A DNA stretch of 64,000 nt from the human T2T-CHM13v2.0 reference genome, Homo sapiens: NCBI RefSeq assembly GCF_009914755.1, contig NC_060946.1; one strand, 5' to 3'. Positions 39,579 to 53,980 of this stretch are shown piece after piece; position 1 is the stretch's first letter, and each line of letters starts with the position of its first letter. The translations under genes and the position numbers were made by a program. Under the pieces are notes generated by a model, which searched no databases, was not told the DNA's origin, and saw only the letters and a program-made list of their open reading frames with translations.

Positions 39579-42500
39579 GCCCAAAGCATCCCGGGGGCCT
39601 GCAGCTAGGCCAGGGCAAGAGGGTCTCCAGGCTTCACCCTGGGGAGAAATGTCAGAGTCAGCAGAATCAGGGGGCCATGGCACCAGCAATGCAGGTGCCC
39701 ACCTGCAAGCACCATGTGGCAGGTGCATGGCCTCATGGTTCAGGGCCACTAGAGGGTGGAGGGACAACCCTGGCCACTGTTTTGACATGAGTCCAGGTGG
39801 GGACTTGTGGGCATCCAGAGATCCGGTCTCAGGAGATGGTGCCAGGAGCAGCAGCTGGGTGGACATTGTCAAGAAGTGACAGAGGAGGAAGACTGTTCCT
39901 GGCAGAGGGTGGCCAGCGTGGCCAGAGACGAGCAGGACAGGGATGCCGAGGCCAGGCACTGAGGTAGGTGAGGGGGTTCAACCTGATCACGGGTCCCGAG
40001 CAGCCAGGAGGGCTCTGAGGTGAGGGAGTGAAGCCACCAGGTCTGTGAGCCTGGACGTGGTGACCAGATGGCAGGAGGGACACCTGTTGGGGCTCTAGCG
40101 GTGTTCAGGGGAGGAAAGAGAAGGGCCAAGATGCGGGAGGCCGGCCCAGGGCTGTTTTGGAGATAGGCCAGAGTGGGAGCAGGAAGGGATCCCCAGAGGC
40201 TGCTGGGGCCACCCAAGGGGTGGCCAGGAGAGAAGCAGAGGTTTAATCTGGGACAGACAGGAGGTGCTGTGGGACACCATCGAGCCTATTCAATGCTCTC
40301 TAATAGGAGGAGGGAATTGTGAGCCTAGAATGGCTCAGGCCTGCTAAGCCCTGGCTGGAAGAGGGGCACTGTGGACAGTTCCAGGCGCTGACCCCACTGT
40401 GCGGCATGTGGCCTCTTCCTCCCTAAGTCCTTAGGGATGACCAGAGCTGACCAGCCCTGGGAGTTGCCCCTAACACCCCAGGAGCCAGGACAAGCCCCCA
40501 TTTCACAGATGAGAATCCCAAGGTTTGGAGAGGGTTAGTCCCTCGCCTGAGGTGTCAGAAGGAAGACAGGGCCAAAGAGGGATCGCAAAGCCTGTGCCTT
40601 CACTCCCTCACCGGCTTCTCTCTCACTGGAAAGAGGCACATGGTGCCTCACAGCCTCCTCCCAGGGTGGCACTGGCTCCGGCTCCTCTTCTCTCCTAACT
40701 CCGAATCTCCATAGTCGCCTCCCCAGCCTGCCTGCCTTGCCTATACCCAAACAGCTCTCCAGCGCCCCCCCTTCCATGTTCTTTGCGTCGCCCCGGGGAT
40801 TCACCTCCAGGCCCCACACCTGGGCCTCCCTGCCAGGACCCACTCAGCATGGACCCTTCTCTCTCCTGCCCCCTTCCTCTCGGGTGCCTGACCCCTCCAA
40901 ACCCTCCCCACAGCGGGGACTCCACCTTGGGCTTTGTCTAACACTCAGGCTGGGAAACTTTATTCAGCGAGTCCTACGCAGTAGTGGATGAGATTGGATC
41001 CAGAAAAAAATAAAAAAGAAATCCTACACAGTTACTAAGCCAGGGAGAAAAACTGCATTCTTTTATGGTGACAAACGGACATGAGACTCTGAGGAACACC
41101 CCGAGTTCTAGGGTGGAGAATTTGGGGAACAGTTTCACAGCCCATCACCTTCATGAGGACTTCCAGGTTCTGAAAACTGAACGAAGAAGGCAAGGAGAAT
41201 CTTCTAGAATCATCAGTCTTAGAATAGCCACAGACTCTGCCTACAAACTTTGCTAAAAGGGCGGCTGTGGCAGGGGCCTGAGGTGCAGGATGAAGAGAGT
41301 GGGAAGTAAGAGATGCAGGGAGCTCACAGCCCACAAGAGGGCTGTCCTTATCAGGAATTGCTAACTTGGAACAAGCCTTCTGGAAGCCTAAAGATAAAAA
41401 ACACAAAAGAGAATGGGGTGGGCAGAGGGAAAGGTCCCAGCACCAAGTTAAATGTCTGATCAGTGAGGGATTTGGAATGCAAGGGGTGAAGGGTGGTAAA
41501 TTAACAAAACACAAAACCCTTCTCTTCTTTTAGAGGCAGAATTGAAAGGTAATTTATTTAAAGTGGACACATACAAATAACGTAGGAATAGGGGTGCTTG
41601 CTACTGAAGGTTCTGGGGATAGACTAAATTTATTGCTATGGTTCACATTTACTCACAAGTAGGAGTAAATTTAATGCAACCCAGGTTACAGAAGGCAAGC
41701 AGGTAAAAGGATAAAGAACATAAAACAACTGGCAAGGCGCTGTGGCTCAGGTCTATATCTCAGCGCTTGGGGAGGGTGAGGCAGGAGGAGTGCTTGAGGC
41801 CAGGAGTTCAAGACCAGCCTGGGCAGTGAGATCGCCACCCCACCCCCCCCCATCTCTACCAAAAAAGAAAAAAAAAGAACATAAAGCAAAAAAGGAAAAA
41901 TCACTTTGAGAGCAGGAGGGACACTGACATTCAAACGACAAAGGGAAGACTGTGAGCTGGAGAAATGAGCAGAGGCTGGGAGCCCTAGTAGGTCAATGAG
42001 GAGGCGGCACGTCCTGCCAGCCATGCCCCAGCAGAGCTGTAAGGCATTCGAAGATGGCGTGAATTTCCCAGCAAGCTTGGCTGCCCTCAAGCAGTGCAAG
42101 CGGCCAAGGGCCCCTCTTCTGCCTGGGACTGCCCTGGCCCCTGGAGCTTCTGGGAGAATGTGAACGATGCAGAGCTGCCCCCAGCAACTGCCAGTGCCTG
42201 GGGCCTCCTCCCACTCCCTTGCAATTCCAAGTGATCTGGAGGCTCTACTGTCTCACCACAAAATGTGCTCATGTGAATTTATGATTAGGATCCAAGTGAG
42301 AGGACAGCATGCTCCCCGCTAGAGCACACAGAGGGCCCCCCTGGAGAAACCCCTGCCCACAGTGTAAAGCCCCACTGTCAAGGGCAGAATTCAAGACCCT
42401 TCACTTCCACCCCATTTGCTGGTGACGTCTGCTGGACCTTTTGGGATGCAGGTGCCTCCTTCTTGCCTCCTGACCTTGGGGTACTCTTTCCTGTGCCGTG

Positions 42501-44145
42501 AGCCCCTCCCCACAATCGGCCTGTTCCCTCAGGGAGGGTGGCTCCTCCTGTCTGCACTACAGACCCTGATTCACTGTGGCCACCTGCCTGCTCTCTCTGT
42601 GCCTTGTGCCCACTATCTGCACATGCCTCAATGGTGTCTGTGCCATGTGTACTAAGTAAGGTCTGGGGGGTGTGATGATGTCTGTGTGTGAAGCTCTGTC
42701 TGCATCTGTAGAGGGGACAGGCTGGCTTACTCTCAGGGCCTGTGCCAACTGCCTGCTCTTGTTACAAAGGCAGGGTGCCCAGGGCCATCTTACTTGCTGG
42801 GGACCAAGCACCCTTGTTTCTGCATCACCAACCTAAGGCAAGGGGTGAGGAGAGAAACCAGGACACAGCTTTCTCTCCCTGGAGCCCAGATGTCGAAAGG
42901 GACAGGAATCATTTCCTTCCTTTTCCCAATAAGCTCCTGAATCTGACGTACACCATGGCACACCCGGCAGGAAGGAGAAATTCCTCACCAAGGGAAACCA
43001 GAGGCAGCCCTGGGAGTGCCTGGAGGGGCAGGGGACAGTGCTGTGGTTCTTTGAGGGATCAACTGGAAGAGACAGCATCAGGAATGGCATGGAGGCCAGC
43101 GGCAAGCCGCAGGGAGTAGGGAGAGCTGGGAGAGCACCAGAGGCAGCGGAGCCTGGTGCTGGGCTTTCCTGAGCAGGGCACACCAGTGAAAAACTCCGAA
43201 TAAGAGGGACGTGTGCATGAGCCTGTGCAAATCACCAAGAGCCCGGGGTGGGCATGGGAGGGACATTGGACTCCTGCATCCCAGCACCGCCTGCCTGGAC
43301 CAGTCTGACCAAATGCGACTGGCAGCTGGTTCCTCCTGGATCAGGGCCCCACTGCACACCAAATGGGTGCTCACCCTCCTAGAACCTATTTAAGGTCCCA
43401 CATAGGTGAGAAATGGCAAAGCAAACTCATCGGGGGGCAGCTGCAGGGGTGTGGCTGACGGTGCTGCCAGCTGCCATCCGCCCCTGCTCTGAGCACTCTT
43501 CCTGGGATGGCTTTTAGCCTCCCAACAACCTCTTGTGGTTATCCCCACTTCACAGGGCAGGCTGTAGCAGAAGAGCTAAGGAACTTGCCCAAAGTCCCAG
43601 GGTGGGGTTCATGCTGGGGAACCTGGGCCTTAACTGTGATGACACCTGGGAAGTCATTCTGACTCCTTCTATCCCTGACCTGTCCCTCATTGGCCACCAG
43701 CTCTGGGCTTTGGCTCTCTCATGGCTCCTCCTTCCATTTCTGTGTACCCCCCACCCTAGGGCAGCCCCTCCCCTCCTTGTTTTGTGGTGCCCTCCTTCCA
43801 TTTTGCCTCCCGAGATCTCTCAGATCCTTTGAGGCTTTGCTGAAATCTCCCCATCTTTGGATCCAGCATGCTCTCTTTCATGTCTCTATGGCACTTTTGC
43901 TCACATCTGACTTGTAAAAAGTTTTTTTTTTTTAATTTAAAATATTTATTTTCCTCTAGTGCATTAGTTTTGACTCCTAAGCTTAACGAATGCAGGGTTT
44001 AACAACTGCAGTTTTTTAGGGGACATAGAAAAAATACTTGTTGAGTCTTGCTTAACTGCAGAACCAAGGTAATGAAAAAAACCCAGCAATCCTTAGAAAA
44101 GGAAACTGCACCACTATAGTGTAACAAAAGCATCATTCATGTTAA

Positions 44146-45176
<1,031 letters not shown>

Positions 45177-46322
45177 CTTCAGGGGGTATCTTAAAGGAAT
45201 TCCACAAATGAACTTGTGTAGAGGTTCATGGCTTTCAGAAATGCATTCGTTTTGTTTACCTCTCACAACTACGCTGAGAAGTACATACTGTCAGGCTACA
45301 CTGCAGATGAAGAAATAGGTTATAGGAGGGCAAGCACCCATTTAAGGTCTCACACAGGTGAAAGGGCAAAGCGAACTCAATCAAGGTCTCTGGATGCCCA
45401 ATGCCTTTGGTATTTCCACCTCGCGTGCAGGAGGAAAAGAGCGAAATTTGACAACAGAAGAGACTGGAGATGGCCTCAGAGTGCTGGCCGGCCCCACTTT
45501 CTATCCCCCGTGGTGAGAGCTCAGCTGGGCCCAGAGAACTTGTCCCGGGGAATGCCACCACGACATGTGTGACTCTGTCCCGCAGGGTGGAAGGCTTCGA
45601 AGGAGCCCGCCACCATGCAGTGGGCCTCACTGTGTGTCAAGCGCTGTGCCGAAATCCCTGCAGCCGGAGCCAGTTCTTCCTGTTGTACAGACAGGTTCAG
45701 GGGCTTGCCTGACCGAACCCAGCGGCAATGTGCCCGGCCTCCGCGCCTGAGGCTCTGGCTCACAGACCTGTGGCTGAAGCAGCTGCAGCCCGAGCACTTG
45801 TGCAGCTGACGCTCGCTTCACGGACGCTTGGGAGGCCGCGGAGCCGGGGGCCATCAGGCAGACTGGGCCCCTGAAGGTGCAGGGACTGGGGGGATATGGG
45901 GCAACGTGCCGGCCCAGAGGCTCCTGGGGGGTGGGGAGAGGCCAAATCTCGGAAAATGGGGCGCGTCCCCCTCAGCACCCGATTCTGCCTCATAGCCCTC
46001 GGTCCCTACCAGGCCCTCGGCTCGGCCACACCCCCGCCTGCCCCCCAGTTCTGCCCCCTTGGCTCCCCAGCCCCCCAACTCCCAGCCTCGGGTTCCTCAT
46101 GTCCGCAGCGGCCCCTCTTGCTCCTCGGCCCCCCGCACTGCACCCCCGCACCCTTTCGGTGCACCCATGTGAGCCTCGTCTCGGCCTCCTTGCCTCCCCA
46201 GCCCTCTGATTCCACCCCTCCGGTTCCTCGGTCCCATTTCACCCCTGTGCGCCTTGGGCGCTCGCCTGACCCTCGTCCCAGCCCCGTCAGCCCTCTAATC
46301 CCGTCCCCCCCGGCCTCCTCAC

Positions 46323-46405
46323 CCCTGGTCTCCGCGGGCCTCAGCTGTCTCCTCGCGGCTCCGTGTCCCGCAAGCTGCTGCCGGCCGGCCCCGCCCACTT
46401 CCCGT
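46323..46405 (-). other. PPM1F: PPM1F exon 1 (non-coding 5' UTR); 5' boundary/TSS approximate
   Basis: Lies in CpG island; ends ...GACCAGGG|GTGAGG donor (ctcac at 46318-46322); joins exon 2 start GGTGAAGCC. Confidence 0.85.
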
Positions 46406-46477
46406 CCCTGGCCGCCGCGGGCGCCGCGGGCGCCGCGCAGGCGCAGTCGGGCCTCCAGGCTGGCGGGGCCGGACCTC

Positions 46478-46496
46478 TGCTGCCCCCTGGCGGCTA
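46478..46496 (-). promoter_or_regulatory. CTCF motif TAGCCGCCAGGGGGCAGCA just upstream of the PPM1F TSS
   Basis: Core CCGCCAGGGGGCAG fits the CTCF consensus CCRSYAGRKGGCRS. Confidence 0.7.
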
Positions 46497-46769
46497 CGTG
46501 GACGGTGACTGCGGCCCTTTAGTGGTAGGCGAACTGCGGCTCCACCTGGGCTCCGGAGCCGCCCCAGTCACCAGCCTCTTGCTTCTCTTCTGCAGCTTTG
46601 GGTGGGCGGCTGGATGGGGAAAGCAATCCCTAGGTCACAGCGCCCAGAAATTAAGCAACTTCTGCCGTCAATAGCTGGTAAGTGACAGAGCAGGGATGCA
46701 AACCCAGACTGCCCAGGCAGGCTCATCCGTCCGGGAAGGAGGCACAGTCCCAGGCTCATTATGAGTTGT

Positions 46770-47843
<1,074 letters not shown>

Positions 47844-50576
47844 AAAATATTTTATTTTAAAGGCAGAAGAAAGAAACCTTTATGTCAAAGAAAATGTTTT
47901 AATATATGATATTAATATATTCACCTTTATACCAATGCAGTTGGAAAGTATAATTTTTTAAATGGAGGATGGGGCACCAGATCTTATGTGGCTCTGCCCA
48001 CCTGACCTTCAGGTCCGCAGGCCTGTGTCCTTGCCAGGAATGAATGTCTCTGGGATGCTTCTCTAACAGGAGGAACCTGGAGTGAGACCAGGAACCTGGA
48101 GAACTAGCAGCTGGGTGACTGGAAAGGAAACCATCTGGGGTGGGGTTGGGTCTGCAAGGCAGGAGGTGTCTGGGCAGAGAAAGCAGGGCTGGGGCGGAGG
48201 GTCCTGCCTCATCCCATTCTCCTGCTCACTCTTTCCTAGATCCCTGTCAGGGCAGTAACCATGAGCAAGGCTTGAGGCTACTTCTTATAAACAGTGGCCC
48301 TGGGCACATTCCTTAGCTCACCTGAGCCTCAGTTTCTTGATGAGAAAAAATCGGGACAATAGCAACCAACCTATCTCAGAGGGCTGCTGTGAGACCCTGA
48401 GCCACTGTTTCTCAAACTGCCCCTGAGATCACCTACAACAGAATGGCTGTAGGGTGAAGTTTGAGAACCGCAGTACAGGTGAGGTGGTGCGTGGGGCAGG
48501 CCCTCCCACACTGTAAAGTGCAGTGTGGTGCGGTAAAAGCTGATATTCCCGCAGGCATCCTCAGAGTGGGCCCAATTAGACTCTTGAGCACTGATTCCAT
48601 TCAAGGTCTGCGGCTTAGAGAGGATGGCAAAGTGAGGCACCACCAGGAGCTTGTCCCTATGGGCTCCAGGCCAAGGACATGCCTGGAGATGACTCCTGCC
48701 TTGTGGCGCTGTCACTGCCTCACTGTCCACATTCCATCACGCCTCAGATCCTGGCTTCCACCCTGGTGAAAGGAATCTTTCAATATCACCCACCCAGCCA
48801 CAGACGCTTCTCTGCTTCTCTGGCAAGGCTGCACCCCTGGCTAGGTGGGCAGGGCCAGGGGCTCCTTGAGACAGTCTGCAGCCACTGACCTCTCCAGCCT
48901 CCAGGGCAGAGGTACAGTCCCATGGAGCGTGGCTGATCTGAAGGCAGTTCTGGCCTAAAAGGGGTCTTGTCCCTTCCTTGTCCTCATTGCTCCCAAGGCC
49001 AGGTTGGCAGCAGTAGCAGCGGGGTTGGATGCTATTGGATGGGAGAAGGTGAATGGACTCGGAGTGCAGAATCAAGCTGCGGAAGCCAAGGGCCTTGAAG
49101 GAGGGTCACACACAAGGGACAACTGCAGAGGAAAATAAAGGAACACTTTGTGATTAGCCCTGCCTGTGGCTGAAAGTGCAGTGCAGAAGCATAGTAAGGA
49201 AGGACTGGGTGGTCTGGGTTTAAGACCTAGGAACCGTCTCTGCTCCTCCAAACCTGAATGAGCCCTATAACCTAAGGGTCCTGGAGGTCTTGAAACCTTC
49301 TGCGGAGAAGGCTCCAGGTCCACTGGGCCCTGTGGGTGGAAGAGCAGAGTCACAGCCCCGCACTGGGGACCTAACAGGTGTGGCCTTGCTAGGGCCCCAG
49401 AATGGGACCAGAGTGGGTGGGAGGGGGCAGAAGCTCTGAGAGCACCCCCTCCTTCCTGAAGCCTGTGCTTCTGAGACACATCCCAGGACCCTCTATGTGG
49501 TTCCCCATGTCTCTGTATTTTCATTCAGCTTCGAGTAGCTCTCCAAACTGTGTTCCAGGGAACCCCCGTGTTAACCTGTGAGGGCCTCCAGGAAGGGGGT
49601 CCAGGTGGGGTATGCTTGGTGGGCTCTGGGTTTCCTTACAGGAGCTCTCATATAAGTCCTGGTGCAGCCTGGGAATCTACTACTGAGTTGGGGCGGGGGC
49701 GGGTCTGAGTCCGAAACATTCCTGACCTGCCCCTCAAAGAAAGGTCCCACTGAACAGTCTGGAAAGCTGTTTTGCTGAGCTCCCGTCATCACTCAATGAG
49801 GCACGGGCGGAGTGTGGAGGGAGTTTCCAACACACAGTGGATCCCGCACAGGTGTCTCTCCTCGGGTGGCTGGGGAGGGGAGCACAAGAAGGCACTGAGG
49901 TCAGAGGGCAGCTGCCACCAGCACCTGGCACCACACGGCAGTCTGGCCTACAGGGTATTTTCTAAACCTGGCATGTGAATGGGTTCCATGGGGCACCCAG
50001 CTGCCTCTAAGACCATAAGGGCTTGTTGTGAGAATGGGAATTGCAGCAGGTCCTGGGAAGCTGCCAGACGCACACGGGCACCATGTACAGGGCTTCTCAG
50101 AGATGGGAGCAGGGAGCAGGGGACGGAGAAGCGTGGGGTCAAGAGCGTGGCCCTGAGCAGGGGGCTGCAGCGAAGACCAAGGGGATTCATAAGCCAGATC
50201 CGGGGAGGGGGTCTCCCAGCCCCACCTGCTCCACTAGACTCCTCTCCTGCCGGAGCCACAGCTGTCAAGGCCGCCTTCCTTAAGGCATCAGGGCCACTGC
50301 TTGTGCACACAGCTACCATCAGCAGCACGGATTGAGATGGGGTGTGAGTGCAAACTGGGTCTATTCCCCAGGGCTTCAGGGTTGGGGCATCCCTGCCCGT
50401 ACTGCCAGGGTGTAGGGATAGCAGGGAGCACTCTGGGCACGTGTATGCAGGCTGAAGGGAGACGTATTGGGTTTCGGAGAGGGAGAGAGGGCCCCACAGG
50501 TGCCCAGGGACACGGTAACGCTCTGACATCGCTGCACCAGCAAAGGGGCCCCAGCTCTGGATAAGATAAAATGCAT

Positions 50577-50582
50577 TTTAAT
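50577..50582 (-). terminator. TOP3B: TOP3B polyadenylation signal ATTAAA (3' UTR under 100 nt)
   Basis: tttaat on plus strand ~60 nt after the stop. Confidence 0.75.
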
Positions 50583-50644
50583 AGTTTGAAGTGCCATGAG
50601 GTGTCTGCATGGCACTGCAGCCTGGGTGAGGGAGGACAGGGTCA

Positions 50645-51126
50645 TCATACAAAGTAGGCGGCCAGGGCTGACATCTTGTCCTTGGGCCGTCTGGGGTTGG
50701 GCTTCCCAGGGGGCCTCCTGGCCCGGCCCCGCCCTCGACCCTGCCTTCTCCCTGGTCCACCGCGGTGCATGGGGTGGCAGGAGGCCGCATGCTTCAGCTC
50801 CACCAGCTCCTGGAAGACGGGGTCACAAAAGACGCAGCCCATGTGCTGCGTCTCATCGCCCGGGAGTGGGGACTTGGCCTTGTTGAAGTCCACATCAAGC
50901 AAGGCGGCCTCACAGACACTGCAGGTGTCGGCGGACACCCGCACGCGGTGGGCGTTCTCGAAGCAGTGCGCTACCACGTTGCACTTGTTGCAGGCCACCT
51001 TCCACTTGGGGCCCGAGGTGGGGTCCAGCACCAGCACCCCGCTCTCACATTCCACGCACTGGCCGATGCCCAGCATGCTCAGCGAGTGCTGGCAGGAGGG
51101 GTGCGTACACTCGTTGCAGCCCATGC
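50645..51126 (-). CDS. TOP3B: TOP3B last exon coding part (482 nt): CxxC motifs, RGG/RG box, ...SALAAYFV, tandem TGA TGA
   Basis: Matches TOP3B C-terminus; visible exons total 2205 nt in frame. Confidence 0.98.
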
Positions 51127-52022
51127 CTGGCGGGAGAAGGGAGCCCTGTAAAGGCACGCCCACTGTGCCCACCTGCCCTCTGCTGCCTGCTCCCAATGCC
51201 TCAAGCTCCTGGATCCCTCATCCCAGCAGAAGGAACTCTTCTTGGCCTTGCTCTTGGGGACAGCCTTGCTCATGTTTCGGCTCCTGGCTGCCATTACCCC
51301 TGTTTTCTGCTTACCTGAAACCTCCTCAACTTTCAAGGCCCCTCGCTGGCACCATCCCAGTGGGTTTCAGCTGACTCCATCCCCCCTTTGCTTTGCTGCC
51401 AGCTTGTTACTGGTAATGCCACATGACCCTCATGTCACTGGGCCACATGGAACCACCCTGTCAGCTACTCTGGCGGCAGCAGGAGGGCAGGGATGGGGTC
51501 TCACTCCCGGGGCAGCCTGGGTGCAGACTGAGGCCTGAGGGGGCTTTCTGCAGAGCACACGGTGAATGTGGGCAGATGCCTCACTCCCGCTGATTCCTGG
51601 TCTGGCTCGGTGCTCTGTCCTGCCTGCCTGGACACGCGCTCCCTCCTCCAGTAATGAGGACGAGGATGAGGATGGAGGACGGTGGTGGACGCTGACTGGG
51701 GGTGCCCGCTCACCGGGTGGGTCCCCTGACTGCTGCATCCTCTTGCTCACTCAGCTCCAGAGGGAGCACTGCACACCTGTGCCCAGGTCCTGAGGGTGGA
51801 CTAGGGTTGCCTGCTCGATTCTGACAGAGAGAGAGGGTGGCACCACTGGCTGAGGCCTAAGCAGTGCCCCAGCTACATCCAGGGTCTCTCGTCTCAGTGC
51901 CAATGAGTGCAGGAAAGGCCAGGGTGAGGGGTCCCCTCAGAGTCCAGCGTGGTGCAAGGCAGGGGTTGGCACTGAAAAGAGACTGCAGCTACCTGTGGAC
52001 AGGAGGGAGTGGCTGCACTCAC

Positions 52023-52224
52023 CTTTCTTCATGTCTCGGAAGGGTGGGTGGTTGTAGCAGTAGGGGCACAGCGGGTAGCTCTTGCCCCGAGAGCCTGATG
52101 ACCACAGGACCAGCTCGAAGTCATCCAGAGGGCAGCGGAGCTCCTTGTAGAGCTTGATGGTGCCGTTCTGGGGGAGCGTGTAGGTCTCATCGCAGTGGGA
52201 GCAGTGCAGGCGGCTTGGCTTGGC
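52023..52224 (-). CDS. TOP3B: TOP3B penultimate exon (202 nt) AKPSRLHCSHC...CPYC...DMKK
   Basis: CxxC zinc-finger motifs; G|GTGAG donor. Confidence 0.97.
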
Positions 52225-52662
52225 CTGCGGCAATGCCAGGCAGGTGGCGTGAGGGTCACTGGGGCCACCGACTTGGCACCCACCCCCACTCCTCTCATAA
52301 TACAAAGTATGTAATCTGTCATGCAGAACCTGTGACACACTGCCAGGCAAGGAGCATGAGTCTCTGGCTCTTGCTCCACGCGTGCAGAAAAGGCAGTTCT
52401 AAAATCTCTGTGTGTACATTAATGCCCATGATGGCAAGTGGCATGGTGTTAGGGAAAAATGCACCATGTGTGTTTGCGTGGCCTAATGGCTGTGTATTCT
52501 AGGGGACGTGGGGACACTGGGTATTTTTTGGCAAGGCCTCTTTATGTTCCATCATTCTTTTGTGACAACCAGGACAAAGAACATGATTCCTGCTGATCAA
52601 CGATAAAGCTGAGGCCTACAGGGGTGAGGCAGCTTGCCTGAGCTAGTGTTCCCTGCACCTAC

Positions 52663-52763
52663 CTGGATGTACTTCATGAAGCGGTGGCACTTCCCACAGC
52701 GTGAGAGGGGCTTGCCTGTGGCCGCCAGGGGCGAGAAAGACACCTCCATCAACTCATCCATGC
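52663..52763 (-). CDS. TOP3B: TOP3B exon (101 nt) MDELMEV...CGKC...YIQ
   Basis: GT-AG; first CxxC of the C-terminal region. Confidence 0.96.
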
Positions 52764-53117
52764 CTGCGGGCAAGCAGAGTGCAGGAGTCATCTCCCTCCC
52801 AGTCCCCAGCAAAAGGCTCCGCAACACATGGTCAAGGGTCTGAGTGTGAAAGGGTCCCTATAGGCGGTGGTTTCTACTGTCCTGGCAGCACGGCAGGGCA
52901 GCAGCCCTGTGCGTCAGAGGCACGTGTTCCTGGCCATGTGTGGTGTTAATGCACCTGCTCTTTCAACCCAGCCAGGAGGTGTCACTGCCCTGGCCTACGG
53001 AGGCCTGAAGCCCAGATCTGGGAGCTGGTCCCACGTGGGGACCTGGGTCCCCAGGTACTGGCCTTGCTGACAGAGAGACACCCCTCTGGTGAGGGGCAGG
53101 CCAGAGGCAGACTCTAC

Positions 53118-53267
53118 CAGCAATGGAGTCGACAAAGTAGTGGAACTTCCTCTTGAACACGTCCAGGGTGTGGCCCAGGACCTGGCGGTAGTCGGCCTTG
53201 CCCTGGGCGATCAGGTTCAGCTGCTTCTCCACTGCACTGCGGATGGTGGGGAGCACCAGCTCTGCAT
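53118..53267 (-). CDS. TOP3B: TOP3B exon (150 nt) AELVLPTIR...VDSIA
   Basis: GT-AG; phase 1-1. Confidence 0.96.
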
Positions 53268-53851
53268 CTGCAAGTGGGCAGGGGGCAGATATTGCCCTGA
53301 GCACTCGCACCCAGGGCCATGCCACCCCTTCCCAGGCAGGGATACTGCCCTGTTCACCCCTCCCGCTCTGGCCCGTCCTCCTGGCCTCTGCCCTACCCAC
53401 CAGTCCACAGCCTCAGATGGTACCAGGCTGGCTCTTATGACCCCAGACCTTTCCTGATTTCCCACCTGGAAATGTCAGGCAGAGTGGCCAGGGATGTCCT
53501 GTGGCTAGAACCACATCACACATGAGCTCCAGGCCGCCCTTGGGCCAGTTTTGTGCTCCTCCCTCTCCCCTTGGCCCCTGGGGAACCTCCAGGGAACAGG
53601 GCTGAGGCAACTTCGCCTCCCCTTTTGGTTCCCTCACACATCTGTTCAGCCTTCAAACACACTGAGCTCCTGCTCTGGGCAGGTCCTGGGGGTCCTGGGG
53701 CAGCACCCCTTCAGCGGGTGTTGAGGGAGTGTGTGTGGGGCTGGGGGATCACTGTAGGGCAGGGGCCTGTCTGGAGCGGGCAGCAGAGCCAACATCCAGG
53801 GAGAAGCCAGGGAGCCTCGGTGGGCCCTGGGGGCAGGACTGAGGAACTCAC

Positions 53852-53980
53852 CAATCTTATAGTAGCCGTGCACCAGGACGATGCCGAGGTTGGTGGGCTT
53901 GAGCCGGCGCCCGCTCTCCACCGTGACATAGTTGCGCTGGCAGATGTTGTTGATATGCACAGGGATGCTGGCATCCGTGC
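53852..53980 (-). CDS. TOP3B: TOP3B exon (129 nt) TDASIPVHI...GYYKI
   Basis: GTDAS motif; GT-AG. Confidence 0.97.

Larger units (their letters stand above)
45650..46620. promoter_or_regulatory. PPM1F: PPM1F CpG-island promoter with GC box (46387-46397) and NRF1-like GCGCAGGCGCA (46435-46445)
   Basis: High GC/CpG density around exon 1; motifs read directly from sequence. Confidence 0.85.

Noticed and set aside
39579-39959. Apparent N-terminal extension of PPM1F (196-aa ORF)
   Set aside because: Most of it lies in intron 1 beyond the 39639 acceptor; spliced exon 1 has an in-frame TGA seven codons before the junction
50676-51374. 232-aa plus-strand ORF
   Set aside because: Antisense shadow of the TOP3B last exon
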